20,500 nt of DNA from Limulus polyphemus (taxonomy: Eukaryota). Shown here piece after piece: positions 19,994 to 20,500 of the stretch. Numbering within the stretch: the stretch's first letter is position 1; each line of letters begins with the position of its first letter. Under the pieces are notes generated by a model that saw only the letters and a program-made list of their open reading frames with translations, had not been told where the DNA came from and searched no databases. The position numbers were made by a program, and so were the translations under genes. The stretch lies in contig NW_013668828.1 of assembly GCF_000517525.1 (NCBI RefSeq), positions 33,672 to 54,171 of the forward strand. The letters are read 5' to 3'.

Positions 19994-20295
19994 CTAAAAT
20001 AAAATATATTAAATATATGGCCAAATTAACTAATGAACCTAATAATTTTTAACTTGAAGCTCAGTCAGTTAGAAACTACAGTAAAAAAAAAGTATTTAAG
20101 GCATGAAAACCCAATATTATTAAATAATTACTCATTTCATTAATGATGGTCTAGATTTCAAAGTTTTTGTTCAAAAAAAAAGAAGAATAAAAATAGCAAC
20201 ACACAATATAATTTATATACAATCCTTTCAATAATTGGTACAGAATATTTAATACTATTAGAAAAATGAGAAATACATAAATTACAAAAACAGTT

Positions 20296-20470
20296 TGTAT
20301 ACAGCTACAAGCAGTGGTGGGATTCAGCCGGTTCGCACGAACCTGTTCTTAGAATTTAATGACCTCCACGAACCGGTTGTTAACAATCGTATGTATAGGC
20401 CTAATAATAACGTTACAACTTACAAGTATGCGTGTTTACAGCGCAACTTTACCTAGCAGGCTAGGCGGAC
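20296..20470. promoter_or_regulatory. CpG-rich motif cluster at the window edge (candidate promoter or 5' region of the minus-strand gene containing exon 19650-19993, or of a gene beyond the window)
   Basis: It holds 11 CpGs in about 170 bp, against near absence elsewhere. 'CACGAACC' is repeated at 20337-20344 and 20378-20385. The 'AACCGGTT' palindrome is at 20382-20389. The inverted pair is 'ccggttcg' (20326-20333) and 'cgaaccgg' (20380-20387). Confidence 0.3.
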
Positions 20471-20500
20471 TAGGTCTACTAGATCTCTGATGAATCATTT

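Overview
This window is eukaryotic (metazoan, probably invertebrate) nuclear DNA, not a prokaryotic locus. It is AT-rich (roughly 30% GC), CpG-depleted, and full of canonical GT-AG introns, tRNA-derived SINEs, a TA-flanked Tc1/mariner-type MITE, microsatellites and tandem or palindromic repeats. No operon-like structure, CRISPR array or defence system is present, so the exciting novel system is not borne out.

The main content is one large minus-strand gene for a WD40 beta-propeller protein. I reconstructed it by hand as at least 8 phase-consistent coding exons, covering more than 9.5 kb with introns of 0.3-2.8 kb:
- 15685-15780
- 12743-12867
- 10767-10916
- 9486-9594
- 9021-9132
- 8063-8121
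- 7678-7776
- 7058-7205

A tentative terminal exon at 6305-6450 would add a hydrophobic, possibly transmembrane tail.

A second minus-strand coding exon of unknown function sits at 19650-19993. It is followed by an AATAAA and preceded by a CpG-rich motif cluster at the window edge.

Inside the WD gene's 2.8-kb intron there is a compact CpG-containing promoter-like module on the opposite strand (GC box, CRE-like and TATA-like motifs, then ATG-G followed by GTAAGT). This suggests a nested or antisense transcription unit.

Two loci consist of a direct tandem array immediately followed by inverted copies of the same unit (15889-16300 and 19047-19617). Transcripts of these would fold into long hairpins, making them candidate hpRNA/endo-siRNA-type loci. 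A 150-bp near-perfect palindrome lies in another intron (7837-7987).

Most long ORFs in the supplied track are antisense shadows of exons or read-throughs of repeats.
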